From the NCBI GenBank assembly GCA_049724395.1, contig JAUGWO010000136.1, positions 1 to 64,000 of the forward strand: DNA of 64,000 nt, given 5' to 3'. Of the stretch, positions 38,501 through 53,200 are shown piece by piece. The position numbers and the translations under genes were made by a program. How positions within the stretch are numbered: position 1 is the stretch's first letter; each line of letters starts with the position of its first letter. This DNA is from Spongospora subterranea f. sp. subterranea (Eukaryota). A model generated the notes under the pieces. The model did not search any database and was not told the origin of the DNA. It saw only the letters and a program-made list of their open reading frames with translations.

Positions 38501-39753
38501 ATTTTTGCATAATCGATCCCAGAGTTGAGGAACGCTGCTTGCCACATATCTCATTTTGTCACTCTTGATTTGAAATCCCGTTTCCCGCTGATGGTTCGAG
38601 CCGCGAGTTCACCGGGGCTCCCGACCGAAGTCTCTATGTAAAAAACTGGAAGAACTATGCTCATGTACCTTCTGAAAAGCGGGACTAAATTGTAGCGTCC
38701 AATACGCGCTCACATTCAAGCAAAATGGGATCCAAGATGATTTATTGTATTGCCCACTGGGCAAAATACCCCAATTTGCAATATTGTCAAACTCTGGGCT
38801 CATCTTCGCGATGTGTTTATCAACCGATTCGACGGTCAAATCCAAACTACACGAGGCAGTGGCAGGTTATCTTTGACTTCTTTCTTGAGCTATGATCCAT
38901 GTAGTTGCAGTATACTTTGCGCTTTGGGTCAATCACTTTTTTTAGGAATAATACATCAATAAATAAACAAATATATTAATCAATATATTTAAAGACTTAA
39001 GCTTTTAAAGGCTTTTAAAAAAAGACTTTAAAAGCTTTTGATATATTAATAAATAAACCGGAAGGAAAAGCTGGGATGAGAGTATTGATGGGTGAAGTTG
39101 GCGAACGGTAAACTCTCGCGACCCTCAGCAACAATGTCCTGGTGGAGCGATACTGGGTTTCTGCGACCATTACCTAACGGCTTTGAGACCTGGAGAACGC
39201 TTCTGCATGAAAAATACACGCTGCATTTCTCTCTCTATCGTTGCCGTGCCTTAACAGGTAGAATTGCAACTCTAAAGGTTCTATATGGTGAAACTTAAAG
39301 TTGATGTAATTCAGGCAGAGGCTTGTAACTAAAGTATGTTGCATCAACGATATGGAGAGTGTAATTCCGTTCCAAAAGGAAGTAACTCAAAAAGGAGCAG
39401 CAGCGAGGATATAAACTCATGACAATGCACGTCCTCAAAGATTGTCGATTGAACCAGACTCCCGTTGGTTTCCTGCCATGACCATTGGCCCTGTACACCT
39501 ACTGTACTGTATCACACTCTTTTGCGCCATCAGTTCGCACATCCGCTGTACACTTTTGCGCGACTGCGCATGCTTCCGTCACTCACGCAGATATGTATTG
39601 ATATTGGGCTTGGTTGCACTCACAATCTCACATGACGTGTGAAACATGAAAGCCGAAAACTCCTAACACCGAAATGGTCCCTAAAGTTAAAGTACGTCCT
39701 GGATCCATTCGTCCTCTACTGGTCCTTGTCATGGTTTAACGATTAGCTCAGTG

Positions 39754-41984
39754 ATGACGGCAGAATCATCGCGCTATGATCAACAGTCGTTTGTATCGAA
39801 ACTGTACTGGCCTTCAACCTGTCAACGTCCTGAAGAAGCTGGCCTTTTGATTGGCTGGAACGATCGAAATTTCGTCGCTTCAGTTGTTGCCATTGTTCCT
39901 GACTGCAGCTTAGAAGATACTGAACTAGGTTAGAACCAAGATGAGTCCTTCCGTTTTTTCGAACCAATATTTGACTTTAGCGTTGTTGTCATTATCCTCA
40001 AACCCAGATGTTAAAGAGTTATGGGACTATTGTTCTGGTTCGCCTATAGTTATTGGAAGCTGTTTTTATGGTAATGACTATTCACTCTCGCCCATACTTC
40101 AAGAGAGGAGAAGAGCAGCGAATTTCTGGGTAACTGTAGACCTATCTGGCCCATTACCAGTTCTTACCAGCGTTTACTGCTGTGGATTTTTGTACAAGAC
40201 TTTTGGGCAAATACTACTTTATGACCCTCCGTTAGCAAAGTATACTTATTTTTCGGATGACCCGTTTACATTCACTCGTGACAAGGCAGGAGAGTTTGGT
40301 TCTGCCAACAAAAATGTGACAGATCTTCAGTTTGTCTTGAGGCAAATCAACTCCTCTCTGGACGTCCAAACTCTACTAGCGAAAGGGCTAGAAGAGATTC
40401 CACTAACCGATCGATCAACTAAGTGTATACTTCGTCACCGAAGACGTCAATCTGACCCATCAGTACCTGGTATTCCCGTTCAATCCTCATTCAAATCATC
40501 CGGAATTATTTTTTCATGCTGCTTTAAGCTTGCACAATTGTCGTTGCTTCTATGCGGTATTTTATACCATCTCTCACAGTTTATAATCAATTTCCAACTC
40601 CCAATGCTGGTCGGAGGTGGTCGTATCAAAGATCGCTCAGCTGTTTTACAACAATTGGATCGTCGCATAATGGAACTGTCACGTTGGCCCGAAATGTAGG
40701 AACTTCAATTGCCGAAAATATTAACAGAACTTATTCATCAATCGTTCAGGTGGGTTCGTACTCGCGCAAAAACCTGGAAACCCAAAAGCTACGTTAATGC
40801 AAGCATGATCTCCTTTGGAAGTTCAGTGTGCCAGTTTTTAGTCGATGTGATCACAGGGATCGCATTAGGAATTTTTCTGAGGACGTATTCAACGTTTATT
40901 CTCGAGATTATTCACGATGGCGGACGTATTCTGCATGTTGACGTACTTCGAAGGCAGGTTATATGGCTTATGGGTTGGTCCGACTATATCATTTTACTGG
41001 TCAGCCGTTAAATCTTCTACAGGGCTTCCGGCAGGAATGAAACTGAACTTTGCCCTTGATCAAGCACTCGGGTTAATGGTTCTCTATGGAATTGATTTTT
41101 GGAACGCAATAACAACCGTTCTCACTCCCTTGGAACATCTTATTATTGTCGGGGTCTCGATAATGGCAGTATTTGGCACGTCCATCGCTGTACGTTGTTG
41201 TTGTTTTTTTTAACAGAGACTCAAGTTTGGCTTGATTATCTCCAGGTGGCGTGCGCGATTGATTTACTCTCAATGATGACAACCCATATCTTGTTCATTC
41301 ACACTGCATTTTCCAGACTATATTCTTTGGCACTGTCTGCGTTATCTGCGCTTTCCAAGTTATTTAGTGGCAAGAAGCGTAATGTATTACAACGACGTGT
41401 TGACTCGTGTCATTTTGATGTCGATCAGCTTCTTCTCGGCACTATTTTGTTCACTCTGATTTTCTTCCTGTTTCCGACTGTGGCCATATACTATCTGTAA
41501 TGGGGCAGTTCGGTGTGTTTCTTGAAGACTGAACTTTGTATAGATTCTTCGCTATTGTGCGCTTCTTGATCATGCTTGTTGAAGCAGGACTTTGCTTACT
41601 CATGGCGACATTCAACAGTTTTCCGTTCTTTGAACTCGCTGTTTTCTTCTTCGATAAAGGGTTCGCATCACTAGGATGCCGTGTGGCAAAAAACTTGACT
41701 GCTTCATTCTTAGGAGGTTGCCATCTGGCATTAGAGTGGAAGTCCTTCCATCTTCTACACCATCTTGCGCCTATCTACTGCTTCATAGCTGTGGCGCTAG
41801 CCTTCATAACGTCTTTGAGCGATGCCTGCGTGTAACTCAATCTGTGCTTACCCGTTATTCCCTAAGCGAAAGCTTGATAAGCTTACTGTATGGGTCATTA
41901 ATACCGTCTCGTGGAAAACAATTAGCGCATGATGATGAAAGGATATGTATGGATTTCACTCCCGGTGTTACCGGGTTTTGGTAA
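39754..41984 (+). CDS. PIGQ: GPI-GlcNAc transferase subunit Q (Gpi1)
   Basis: WLMG/LPAGMKLNFALDQALG, LFSGKKRNVLQRRVDSCHFDVDQLLLGTILFTLIFFLFPTVAIYY; multi-exon. Confidence 0.93.
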
Positions 41985-42116
41985 TTCTATATATCTGTAT
42001 CTTTACTCTCCTCGCTCTTATGCTGTACATTGTTTCCAGGTTTTTTCTCAAGTGCCGACTAAAATAATAACTAGCAACCTATGGGAGGGTAACTGTATAT
42101 AAATACATTGATTATC

Positions 42117-45100
42117 TTAATTGATCAAGGCTGCTTCCATGCCGATTTCCACATCCAACTTTGCCCGCTTCGACGGAAGTTCTTCTTTTCTACTTTGTGA
42201 TAGTTCCGCTGCTCCTGTTAATCGCAGTGTGCCCATAGACTCCATTTCGCCCTGCGACCAACCGCCCGAGAAAGCATGAATATTTTCATATGCCTCAAGT
42301 GCACCACAGGGCAAGGTCATCATCCATTGTTCACGTCGAACGACGGCTAGAAGCGAGTTCATTATGGGCGATTCCCTCAAGGTATTAGGGGATCCAATTA
42401 GAATCAATTTGTGTTTTGCTCGAGATACGGCAACATTTATCCTGCGCCAATCCTTCCAGTTGTCAAATTCACAAATCTCAATTTCTCAAACAGAGTGACA
42501 TACTTGTAATATTTCTCCAATTCTGTTCTTGTCATTGCTGCGAACAAATGATATTATTATACACGACTTGTCTTTGCCTTGGAATTTATCCACAGAATCA
42601 ATATCCAGTTCCACCTGCAATGATGTTGCTAAATGGCGAATACGTCTGATTTGCGATCTAACACAGCTATATCAATGCCCTGCCATGAGGAACTGAACTG
42701 TCCAACCTGTAAGGGCTAATTACTCCAATATCGTTTGGACTAAACCCGCTACTAATTAAAGAATATAATAAGTGTATAACGATCTCCGCTTCAAATTGGT
42801 TTTGCTCCCCTCTGAGGCTTTCTGGCGCCGGTATAAGGTCGGTATCCAAAAAAACAACTTTTCGCTGAAGCTCTAGCGCCGACTGCAAAAATGCTAAAGT
42901 TTGAAAAATGCTGACGAAATTCTGATTGTCTCACTTTGATCCAATCCATTTCTGGGAAATTCACATACTTTTCCGCCAAACTGGGAAACTTGTCCGGATT
43001 TGGAATTACGATGGTTGCATTCGCAACGGCTTCAGAGCCGCATTTGAGGGCATAGCTGTAGACCAGCTCGTTGCACAGCAGAAGGATCGGAGCCGACATG
43101 CGGTATTGCAAATAAAGCTGAGACACCTATCAAATATGGCAAAGTCGAGGTCATTCAGAATTATCGATTTGCGAACTGTAAGCCAGAGCGTACTGCTTGT
43201 GGATGAGCTTCTGATAATCGAAGAAACAAGCTGATGTCCATTCCGGATTCGCGTCCGAACGGATCTTTGACAAGCGGTGGCAGTTGATAATGGTCGCCAA
43301 CCAGGACGAATCGTGAAGCGAGTTGTAATGGGAGCAACATCACGGCCTGAGTCGCTTGTGAACCTAAGTTTTGGTTAGAAGATTGACAATGGATTCGGAT
43401 GATATTGCTCACTTTCATCAGCTATGACGACGTCAAACCTTCTTCCACCAAGTAGAGAGGTTGACACACCGAGACATGTCGACCCAACAACCATTTGAGT
43501 CCTACAAAATTGTCGAGCGTCTTCCAAACTCTTGAATTCACGCTGAAATACATGGATTTGTGAGTATTGCTCAAATGAGCAACGAACAAGCTTTACTTGA
43601 TTAAGCATATACGGTCGTAACTTGGTGGGAATCTTCTCGTTTGAGGTTCCACAGCGAACAAATGGGACACCTTCTTCATCCAGTTTTAGAAGAATATTGT
43701 CCAAGGAGCTATTCGTATGACACACAACCAACACTGATTGGGACAAACTAACGAGCAGCTGGATTAAGAAAACAATTAGTGTCGTCTTGCCAGTTCCAGG
43801 CATCCCTGACAAACTAATTAGCCATAACAAAACATACAATTATGATGGATCAGACCCAGAACCAGGGCATAATCTTGTGCCGCCATTATTCGCTTGATCG
43901 CATTGCGTTGACCATCATTGAGAGTCACATGGAACTTGTTTTGGAGGGTCGGATGAATGGTATCTGGATTCCAGCTCACAAGAAACTGTGGTGCCGACTA
44001 AAGGAAAGCCAATAAAACACTGTCGTGAGTTGAATGAACTACCAACAAGGTCGACGATCAGCCTTCGTTTCCGTTGCGATTCAGGATGATGATGAAACAG
44101 TGAAACCAACGATCCTCGTAACTTGGCGAATCCGCTCATGAACTCGTCTTTATCGATCCTAAACTTAGACCCAATATATCTTTTGGCGATGGGTTTTTTA
44201 CAAATTCGAATAGTCACGGAGCGTTTGTGGACTTGGTATACGAATCCCATTGCAATCGCCGTCTGAATGCGATTTCATACGATTAGCAAAAATAGAATCA
44301 GAAGAAAATACCTGGCCATATTCTGTGCTAATAGCAGCTTTATCGCCAACCTCGAAGTATAAATCGGTAAAGTTGACGGTATTGGGGGCACTGGCCAAAG
44401 GTTCAAACCGGTACAGGTAATCGTTGGCAACCCGCTAGATCACCAGATCAGATAACGATAGCCGATTCGGATGTAATATGGCACCTTCTCTTCCTTGATC
44501 ATCACCTCAGCGATGCATCTGCCATGAGATTGTCGAACATGTGAGGGCTCGTTCCAGATTTCAGTCTGTAAACGGTACCCCTCCCGGGAACTCAAATCAA
44601 TCATCCGATTCCAGAAGTCGAAATAGTCCAATGAAGCTTGCGATAAATGTCCCTAATTGTCAACGGTCAGCCAGCGATCACCTCTCAAAAAACAGGCTCA
44701 CGGTTTCGTCTTCAATTTCACAGGGTGATCCAGGTTCATATGTTCTTCTATATATCATACATGCATCTTTCTATAGCGATCGTTAACTTATGCTAGATTG
44801 GATTGCAGTTGTTGACCAACCTGGAAACACCGTTTACATTGCCTTCCATCTTGGATCATAGGAGGCAACGAACCACTCAGAAGCAGTGATTCACCGTCGT
44901 CAAGATACGAGGCGATCATGTTCCGCTTGATTAAAAGCGATCGGAACTCTCTATGGCCATTAATCACACCTCGAGAGGCGATCAGTTTGTCGATTTGGTG
45001 ATAAATGTGAAGAACTGACCACCCATATAGGTAGATTGTGGTGTGATGTATAATAACAGCCCTTGGCCGAGCAACGCCTCACCACCATATCGACCCGATA

Positions 45101-46275
45101 ACAGCAAAGTATAGAGGGCTAGTTGTGCATTATCTGTAATATAGGGTTTACCAGTCTTTAATTCAAGAGGAAGGAGGCCTTGCTCCATTCCTTCTCCCTC
45201 TGCTGTTGAACGGCAGACACGAACCGTGGCATCGAGTTTACCTTGCAGCCCTGTTTGAATAAATTACGATAAATATCCCTCACATTCAACAATTAGCGTT
45301 TAACCATATTTTGGAGCCCATATTTGGTCTTCGATATCGATAACTTCTGAGATATGTGTCTGACGTGAACTTCCACCGAACATTATAGTCGATTGTTCAG
45401 AGCGTGGGCCACGATAATAGCATTCTGCCCAAGACTGCAGTTGAGGTGCCAGAGAAGTTAAATACCCGACCAAGCTTGCTTCCGAATCTTCGAAGCAAGT
45501 CCTGTCAGTCAACGTGTGTCCACTGAGAACAACTGAAAAATGTACAAACAACACTGTCATACAATGAAGAATACGACGCTTTTACTATTGTTTGGGACTG
45601 TTTGCCAATATATTCATCTGTGAAATCCTCAGATTTTATACAGGTTTGAAAAAGTTCATGAGCCATTATTCCTTTTTGAGCATGAATGCTCAACGACGAA
45701 ACCTGTTCACAATTGTGAGATGATTATCAGATGCCTGGAAATCACATGCTGGTACATTCACTTTCTCAGAGATCACAGATCTCCGAAGGCAATTGATGCT
45801 GGAAGATACGCGGGAGCCAGATATCAACCTGTTTGGATGCACGATGATGAAATTGTGATCATTATCAACAACGTAGTCTCCGGTCCCAGCATCCTGATAT
45901 TGCACAAAAGTATCAGGATGCACGTTAATTTCGGTACCTACATGGATGAAATAGGCATGTCATACGGTGGCGATAATATTGATATAATCGCCTGTTTTCA
46001 TCCGGCATTCACGCCAGTCTTGGCGAACATGCAGCAGGACCTCTTTGCGATCAGACTCGCTGAACAATTGCAGCGTCTGATAACACATAAATATAATCAG
46101 TAGATGAAAAAAAAAACAGTTTCGGAACGATGAACGTCACATCTTGGTCGTCTTGATGATAAATTTCCAGAACAAGGAACGTTTTCCATTGGTCCGATGC
46201 TTGTTCGATTTGGGTATCAAATAATGCTAAAAGATCTGCATCCAAACCCGGCTCATCAAACAGAGAGTTATCCAT
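42117..46275 (-). CDS. DNA2: DNA replication helicase/nuclease Dna2
   Basis: IIVHPNRLISGSRVSSSINCLRRSVI, IEDQIWAPKYG, PLELKTGK, GMPGTGKTT, FVLVGDHYQLPPLV, QYRM, IGVISPY over many exons. Confidence 0.95.
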
Positions 46276-47533
46276 TATTTTCACCGGGAAGATTTGTCAG
46301 GAAATTTGCCGACAAGTTCGGCAGCTTGTCCCGTCACACGGCCACGATACAGGTTCCGTGTAACGAAACCCCAGTGTTTGCGGTGCCCCGCAACAGTTGT
46401 CCCTGAGTACAGATAAGTGAACTTGTCCAGACAGCAGTACGTTTGAGAAGATTATCGGAATCCCTGGCCCTGCCATGATGGTCACTTTCTCAGAGATCAC
46501 AGATCTCCCAAGGCAAATGATGCTGGAAGATACGCGGGAGCCAGATATAGTACAAACAGCAATTCATGGTCATGTCCGCCTGGGTAATATCTTCATGACG
46601 TGGCGCGACGCTTATACTTTTCGCTTTGGAGTCCGATTTTACAAAAACGTTCACGTTTTTTAAGTTGCCGGGTTCGCTCTTCAAAGAGAATACCGTCGAT
46701 TGCATCGTCAATTGCAGATAACCTAGGGAACTACATACAATTTCTGGTGATCAAACTGTGCTGTCTCAGACCTTGGAATGTTTACCTAAAGCTGCAGAGT
46801 ACGATAGATAGCATTCTCCCCCAGATTGCTGCTTCACCGATCGGACAATGAACAGTCGCTGGGCTCTAATCATTTTATTGTCCGCTAATGTGAGTTGCGT
46901 TTGATTGTTGATCCCATTACCGCTGTCCTCTCGGCAGGCCAAGAAAATCGTGCTTTCTTTATATATTAAACGATGGGTTAATGGATGCCATCGCACGCGC
47001 AGGGATTTCGATTGAAATTCTGCTTCGCGATGCCCATAAAAGAACAGTGTCAGGCTGGGCCAGAATTGATATCGCCAGCAGTTTGTGAGCTGAGCATTGA
47101 GATCGCTCCGGTCTACATTGGCGACCAGGCTGTTGAGATGACGCTTGTTACCGATGATGAATATTCTCTGCTACTACCACGTGTTCCGCTATTCGGCGTC
47201 CCGAATCGGTGCATTAAGTAATGCCGAACTGTCTTGGCAGACTATAATTTCTCACATAATTCTGCTCTCGTCTCGCCGCACTAATCAAATAACAACATTA
47301 TACAAACCGCCGTGTCGATTTCCGTCTTTTCTTCCTCAGTTTAAGCATATGATGACCTCGAACAGGCTGTTTGAAGGTTCCCATTTCTTGCCCATTATTA
47401 ACTGGTGTACTTTTAGTTAAAGTGTGATATTTTATCTTTTTGACATTATATGTCGAATTGTCGTTATGGCCCATAACCTATTCCCCCCAAATCGCTAGCA
47501 TTTTGATACCGCTATCAAAGACAAGACGGATTT

Positions 47534-48330
47534 TGTCTGCGTCCGATCATGGGGAGTATCCGGTGGCGATGGTTGGATCATTTGCAAAACAGGCTTCAAA
47601 ACTTCTCTGGTTTTCTGGCCAAGGCTCTTGACGAATATCATTAAGGATGGACCTGGAACGAATATACTGATTTGGCGAAGACAAAGAAGTTCGCAAGCTT
47701 CTTGTTGCTGACCTTTGCTGCAGTTTTGTCAAGAGCTTCCCTAAATTCGCAATTGATCATTCGATTACGGGCTGGGTGCAGCGGGCCGCCCTTTTTCTAG
47801 AAGAAATCTGAAAGCGAGGAGTTGTGTTCCGCAGATGGCATCTCCATCGCGTATTGAACCACGACACATTTGGTGATTATGTAGATCTGGTTGAAGACCA
47901 GGAGTAATGAAAAGGTGTTTACTTCCCATCTGGGCACTTCACACCCCTTATTTTACCTATTGTTGCGATTCACCTCCTCGCTTTCAGAGTCGTCTAGCAA
48001 AAGGACGGCCTGGGCCCATATGCCAATCATCAATTGCCAAAGACAAACTCCAGCAAAGTTCGGCAGCAAAAGGGTCGCGAACTTCGTAAGAAAATTGTAT
48101 ATGTCTGCTAGGTCAACCCCAGAGTTATATTGGTCAAGAGGCTTGGTCAAACAACCAGAGAATTATAAAAGGCTCTCCTGCAAATGAGCTGATACTCTTC
48201 CATGATCGGACGCAGACAGTATTATAATGAACGCCGATTTTTTGGTAATATGTGTCACCATCCTGGTCGGTGCCAACGAAGGGATCCCTGGTCACCGCCA
48301 GATTTTGCGATTCAAACGTGATCTTGGGCT
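47534..48330. mobile_element. Remnant of a Myb/SANT-like (PIF/Harbinger accessory-type) ORF present as two diverged inverted copies
   Basis: Minus-strand AVTRDPFVGTDQDGDTYYQKIGVHYN...RSWKSI; 47534-47821 is a diverged reverse complement of 47974-48218. Confidence 0.55.
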
Positions 48331-48898
48331 TGACCGTTCCTAACCCCTTTCCGGCGCGCTGTGTCATCGGTGCGTTTACAGTCGATATTCGTTGGCGGCA
48401 AACGTTGCCCGGTATAGACCTTGAACACAGCTCCAGATGCAAATATCATCATGTTTGGTATGATATAGTATTGAGACAATGAAAGGACGATTGCGAGTAG
48501 AATTACAAGGAAGGTTGCGAGTACATAAAATATACGGAAGATGGCGAGTAAAACTGAGTAGATATAATTCAAGTCAAACATAGTGGATAACCACTATTCA
48601 GAAGTATTGTCGACACACCTCATTACTACAACGTTTTCAACTTCTGCAATCCTGGAGTTGAACTCTTGGGCCTGCAGCGCTTGCCAGCGATTTCTATCGC
48701 AGAGAAGGTGAGGTGTGGCTCGTCTATGTTCTATATGCATTAGTGGGATCGGTCCAACTGAAAATTGATATCGCGTCGGCGAGATTCAACGAATCTGTTT
48801 GAGCCTGATTTGAATAGTGCGCCATGGATTAATGGATTGACCGAATCCGACGAATCCGTTTGCCCAATTTGCCCATCGGCCTTTACGGTGTTGTGGCA

Positions 48899-50018
48899 AT
48901 GTCGCTAGTAGCCGCTATCCATCCTTTGACATTATTGTCAATATCGGATCATATCGCCAGGTCCCAATGCCAAGGGCAAACAAATCGGAGCGCAGGCATC
49001 ATGTTCGGCACCCAGATCGGGCGTGATCTACAGATCTACACTTGCAGCCCAATGAACTGTCAACAGCTTGAAAACGGATTGGTACAAATAGATCATGAAG
49101 GCGTCGAAAGCTGCATTAGGCTTCGTAGGTTATTTAGGGTTTGTGTTGGTTTTATCTATGATTCACTTCATTTTCTATGAAGACAAGGCGGTATATTCGA
49201 CTCATGAAGTCTTGGGGTAGTAGCAATAAATATGGCAAAGGTGGTGGTCTGTGATTTAGATCTGGTTTCAGATGGTACATGTTTACTGAGAAATATGAGG
49301 TTCCTGATGTCGCAAGGGTCGTACAAACCCAGATGGAACGGTACAATGAATCTCCTCTCTTCCTGCATTTCATAACTGAAGCTCAAATCGCTTATCTCCC
49401 TGCCGTATTATACGTCGCTGTATCTCATGATAAGAAGAGGTTGTTTTCCCCGATTCCATATACAATAGCGACTGAAGAGGTGTGGCTCTGCTTCACTTTC
49501 GTCGTGTATAATCTGAAAAACATTCTGTTAGGCGGAGCGGTTAACAGTTGATTATCTTTCAAATCAATCAGTTGTCGGTGGGTCTAACGCCCGTGAGTTC
49601 GTTCGTGGTCTCCCATCGCCGGCATTTCGCTTATCTCACAAATAGTTTCAATGCACTTGCGGTCGTTGTCAAAATCAATTGCGATTATGTGCGAGCGCCT
49701 TCAAATCCTGATTAGCTATTTGTCGGATCATCCTGAGCTACATAATGGACAGCTCCTTCGAGATATCAAAACAGTTTGTAATTCACTGCCAATTGTGCAA
49801 GATTGTCCCGCCTTCGACAAGAAATTTTGCTCTGAACTCGTGGATTCCCTTTTATTGACGAAGTGTGCTGCAACTACTCGCGCAAGCGAATGTATTCAGG
49901 TGAATTGACGAATCGTGGCTAACAACCCATTCACTTTCGCTTCTAGAAATTACTCGAAAAGTGCTGGATAGCGTTTCCCGACAACATTGAGCATCGTAAG
50001 CGTCGCGTATTTATGTAA
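48899..50018 (+). CDS. CSN6: COP9 signalosome subunit 6 (MPN-minus domain)
   Basis: IHPLTLLSISDH, GIMFGTQIGR, LG/WY across an intron, NESPLFL, YTIATEE/AERL, LLRDIKTVCNSLP. Confidence 0.88.
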
Positions 50019-50273
50019 TATATACAAAAACCATCTAAACGTGTGCCAAAATGAACTATTATAATTGGCCCAACCATTGATTTACCCTGCTGAGCCAGCA
50101 ACGAAAAATTTGTTTTATGGTGTGCCGGTCAATCCATGAAGATATCTTGAGTTTCTTCAACGACTGCAACAAAGCGACTTCTTCTGTGCAGAATTCGTAC
50201 CTGTTTTTAAGCCACAATCATAGAACAAAAATGATCAAAGAAGTCCTTCCCCTTTTCAAGATCAAAGGTCCCT

Positions 50274-53200
50274 CAGAAGTCCTTCCCTCTTTCATGATCA
50301 GAAGTCCTTCCCTCTTTCATGATCAGAAGTCCTTCCCTCTTTCATGATCAGAAGTCCTTCCCTCTTTCATGATCAGAAGTCCTTCCCTCTTTCATGATCA
50401 GAAGTCCTTCCCTCTTTCATGATCAGAAGTCCTTCCCTCTTTCATGATCAGAAGTCCTTCCCTCTTTCATGATCAGAAGTCCTTCCCTCTTTCATGATCA
50501 GAAGTCCTTCCCTCTTTCATGATCAGAAGTCCTTCCCTCTTTCATGATCAGAAGTCCTTCCCTCTTTCATGATGAATCATGATCAGAAGTCCTTCAGAAG
50601 TCCTCCTCTTTCATGATCAGAAGTCCTTCCCTCTTTCATGATCAGAAGTCCTTCCCTCTTTCATGATCAGAAGTCCTTCCCTCTTTCATGATCAGAAGTC
50701 CTTCCCTCTTTCATGATCAGAAGTCCTTCCCTCTTTCATGATCAGAAGTCCTTCCCTCCCTCTTTCATGATCAGAAGTCCTTCCCTCTTTCATGATCAGA
50801 AGTCTCTTCATTCAGAAGTCCTTCCCTCTTTCATGATCAGAAGTCCTTCCCTCTTTCATGCATCAGAAGTCCTTCCCTCTTTCATGATCAGAAGTCCTTC
50901 CCTCTTTCATGATCAGAAGTCCTTCCCTCTTTCATGATCAGAAGTCCTTCCCTCTTTCATGATCAGAAGTCCTTCCCTCTTTCATGATCAGAAGTCCTTC
51001 CCTCTTTCATGATCAGAAGTCCTTCCCTCTTTCATGATCAGAAGTCCTTCCCTCTTTCATGATCAGAAGTCCTTCCCTCTTTCATGATCAGAAGTCCTTC
51101 CCTCTTTCATGATCAGAAGTCCTTCCCTCTTTCATGATCAGAAGTCCTCCCCTTTCTCTTTCATGATCAGAAGTCCTTCCCTCTTTCATGATCAGAAGTC
51201 CTTCCCTCTTTCATGATCAGAAGTCCTTCCCTCTTTCATGATCAGAAGTCCTTCCCTCTTTCATGATCAGAAGTCCTTCCCTCTTTCATGATCAGAAGTC
51301 CTTCCCCTCTTTCATGATCAGAAGTCCTTCCCTCTTTCATGATCAGAAGTCCTTCCCTCTTTCATGATCAGAAGTCCTTCCCTCTTTCATGATCAGAAGT
51401 CCTTCCCTCTTTCATGATCAGAAGTCCTTCCCTCTTTCATGATCAGAAGTCCTTCCCTCTTTCATGATCAGAAGTCCTTCCCTCTTTCATGATCAGAAGT
51501 CCTTCCCTCTTTCATGATCAGAAGTCCTTCCCTCTTTCATGATCAGAAGTCCTTCCCTCTTTCATGATCAGAAGTCCTTCCCTCCCTTTCATGATCAGAA
51601 GTCCTTCCCTCTTTCATGATCAGAAGTCCTTCCCTCTTTCATGATCAGAAGTCCTTCCCTCTTTCATGATCAGAAGTCCTTCCCTCTTTCATGATCAGAA
51701 GTCCTTCCCTCTTTCATGATCAGAAGTCCTTCCCTCTTTCATGATCAGAAGTCCTTCCCTCTTTCATGATCAGAAGTCCTTCCCTCTTTCATGATCAGAA
51801 GTCCTTCCCTCTTTCATGATCAGAAGTCCTTCCCTCTTTCATGATCAGAAGTCCTTCCCTCTTTCATGATCAGAAGTCCTTCCCTCTTTCATGATCAGAA
51901 GTCCTTCCCTCTTTCATGATCAGAAGTCCTTCCCTCTTTCATGATCAGAAGTCCTTCCCTCTTTCATGATCAGAAGTCCTTCCCTCTTTCATGATCAGAA
52001 GTCCTTCCCTCTTTCATGATCAGAAGTCCTTCCCTCTTTCATGATCAGAAGTCCTTCCCTCTTTCATGATCAGAAGTCCTTCCCTCTTTCATGATCAGAA
52101 GTCCTTCCCTCTTTCATGATCAGAAGTCCTTCCCTCTTTCATGATCAGAAGTCCTTCCCTCTTTCATGATCAGAAGTCCTTCCCTCTTTCATGATCAGAA
52201 GTCCTTCCCTCTTTCATGATCAGAAGTCCTTCCCTCTTTCATGATCAGAAGTCCTTCCCTCTTTCATGATCAGAAGTCCTTCCCTCTTTCATGATCAGAA
52301 GTCCTTCCCTCTTTCATGATCAGAAGTCCTTCCCTCTTTCATGATCAGAAGTCCTTCCCTCTTTCCTCCCTCTTTCATGATCAGAAGTCCTTCCCTCTTT
52401 CATGATCAGAAGTCCTTCCCTCTTTCATGATCAGAAGTCCTTCCCTCTTTCATGATCAGAAGTCCTTCCCTCTTTCATGATCAGAAGTCCTTCCCTCTTT
52501 CATGATCAGAAGTCCTTCCCTTTCATGATCAGAAGTCCTTCCCTCTTTCATGATCAGAAGTCCTTCCCTCTTTCATGATCAGAAGTCCTTCCCTCTTTCA
52601 TGATCAGAAGTCCTTCCCTCTTTCATCCTTCCCTCTTTCATGATCAGAAGTCCTTCCCTCTTTCATGATCAGAAGTCCTTCCCTCTTTCATGATCAGAAG
52701 TCCTTCCCTCTTTCATGATCAGAAGTTTCTTCCCTCTTTCATGATCAGAAGTCCTTCCCTCCCTTTCATGATCAGAAGTCCTTTCCCTCTTTTCATGATC
52801 AGAAGTCCTTCCCTCTTTCATGATCAGAAGTCCTTCCCTCTTTCATGATCAGAAGTCCTTCCTTCCCTCTTTCATGATCAGAAGTCCTTCCCTCTTTCAT
52901 GATCAGAAGTCCTTCCCTCTTTCATGATCAGAAGTCCTTCCCTCTTTCATGATCAGAAGTCCTTCAGAAGTCCTCTTCATGATCAGAAGTCCTTCCCTCT
53001 TTCATGATCAGAAGTCCTTCCCTCTTTCATGATCAGAAGTCCTTCCCTCTTTCATGATCAGAAGTCCTTCCCTCTTTCATGATCAGAAGTCCTTCCCTCT
53101 TTCATGATCAGAAGTCCTTCCCTCTTTCATGATCAGAAGTCCTTCCCTCTTTCATGATCAGAAGTCCTTCCCTCTTTCATGATCAGAAGTCCTTCCCTCT

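Noticed and set aside
38975..39055. AT-rich imperfect palindrome (AAGCTTTTAAAG/CTTTAAAAGCTT)
   Set aside because: Low-complexity AT sequence; chance pairing is plausible
39410..39445. Mariner DNARPH-like motif (HDNARPQ)
   Set aside because: Isolated heptapeptide without other transposase motifs or TIRs
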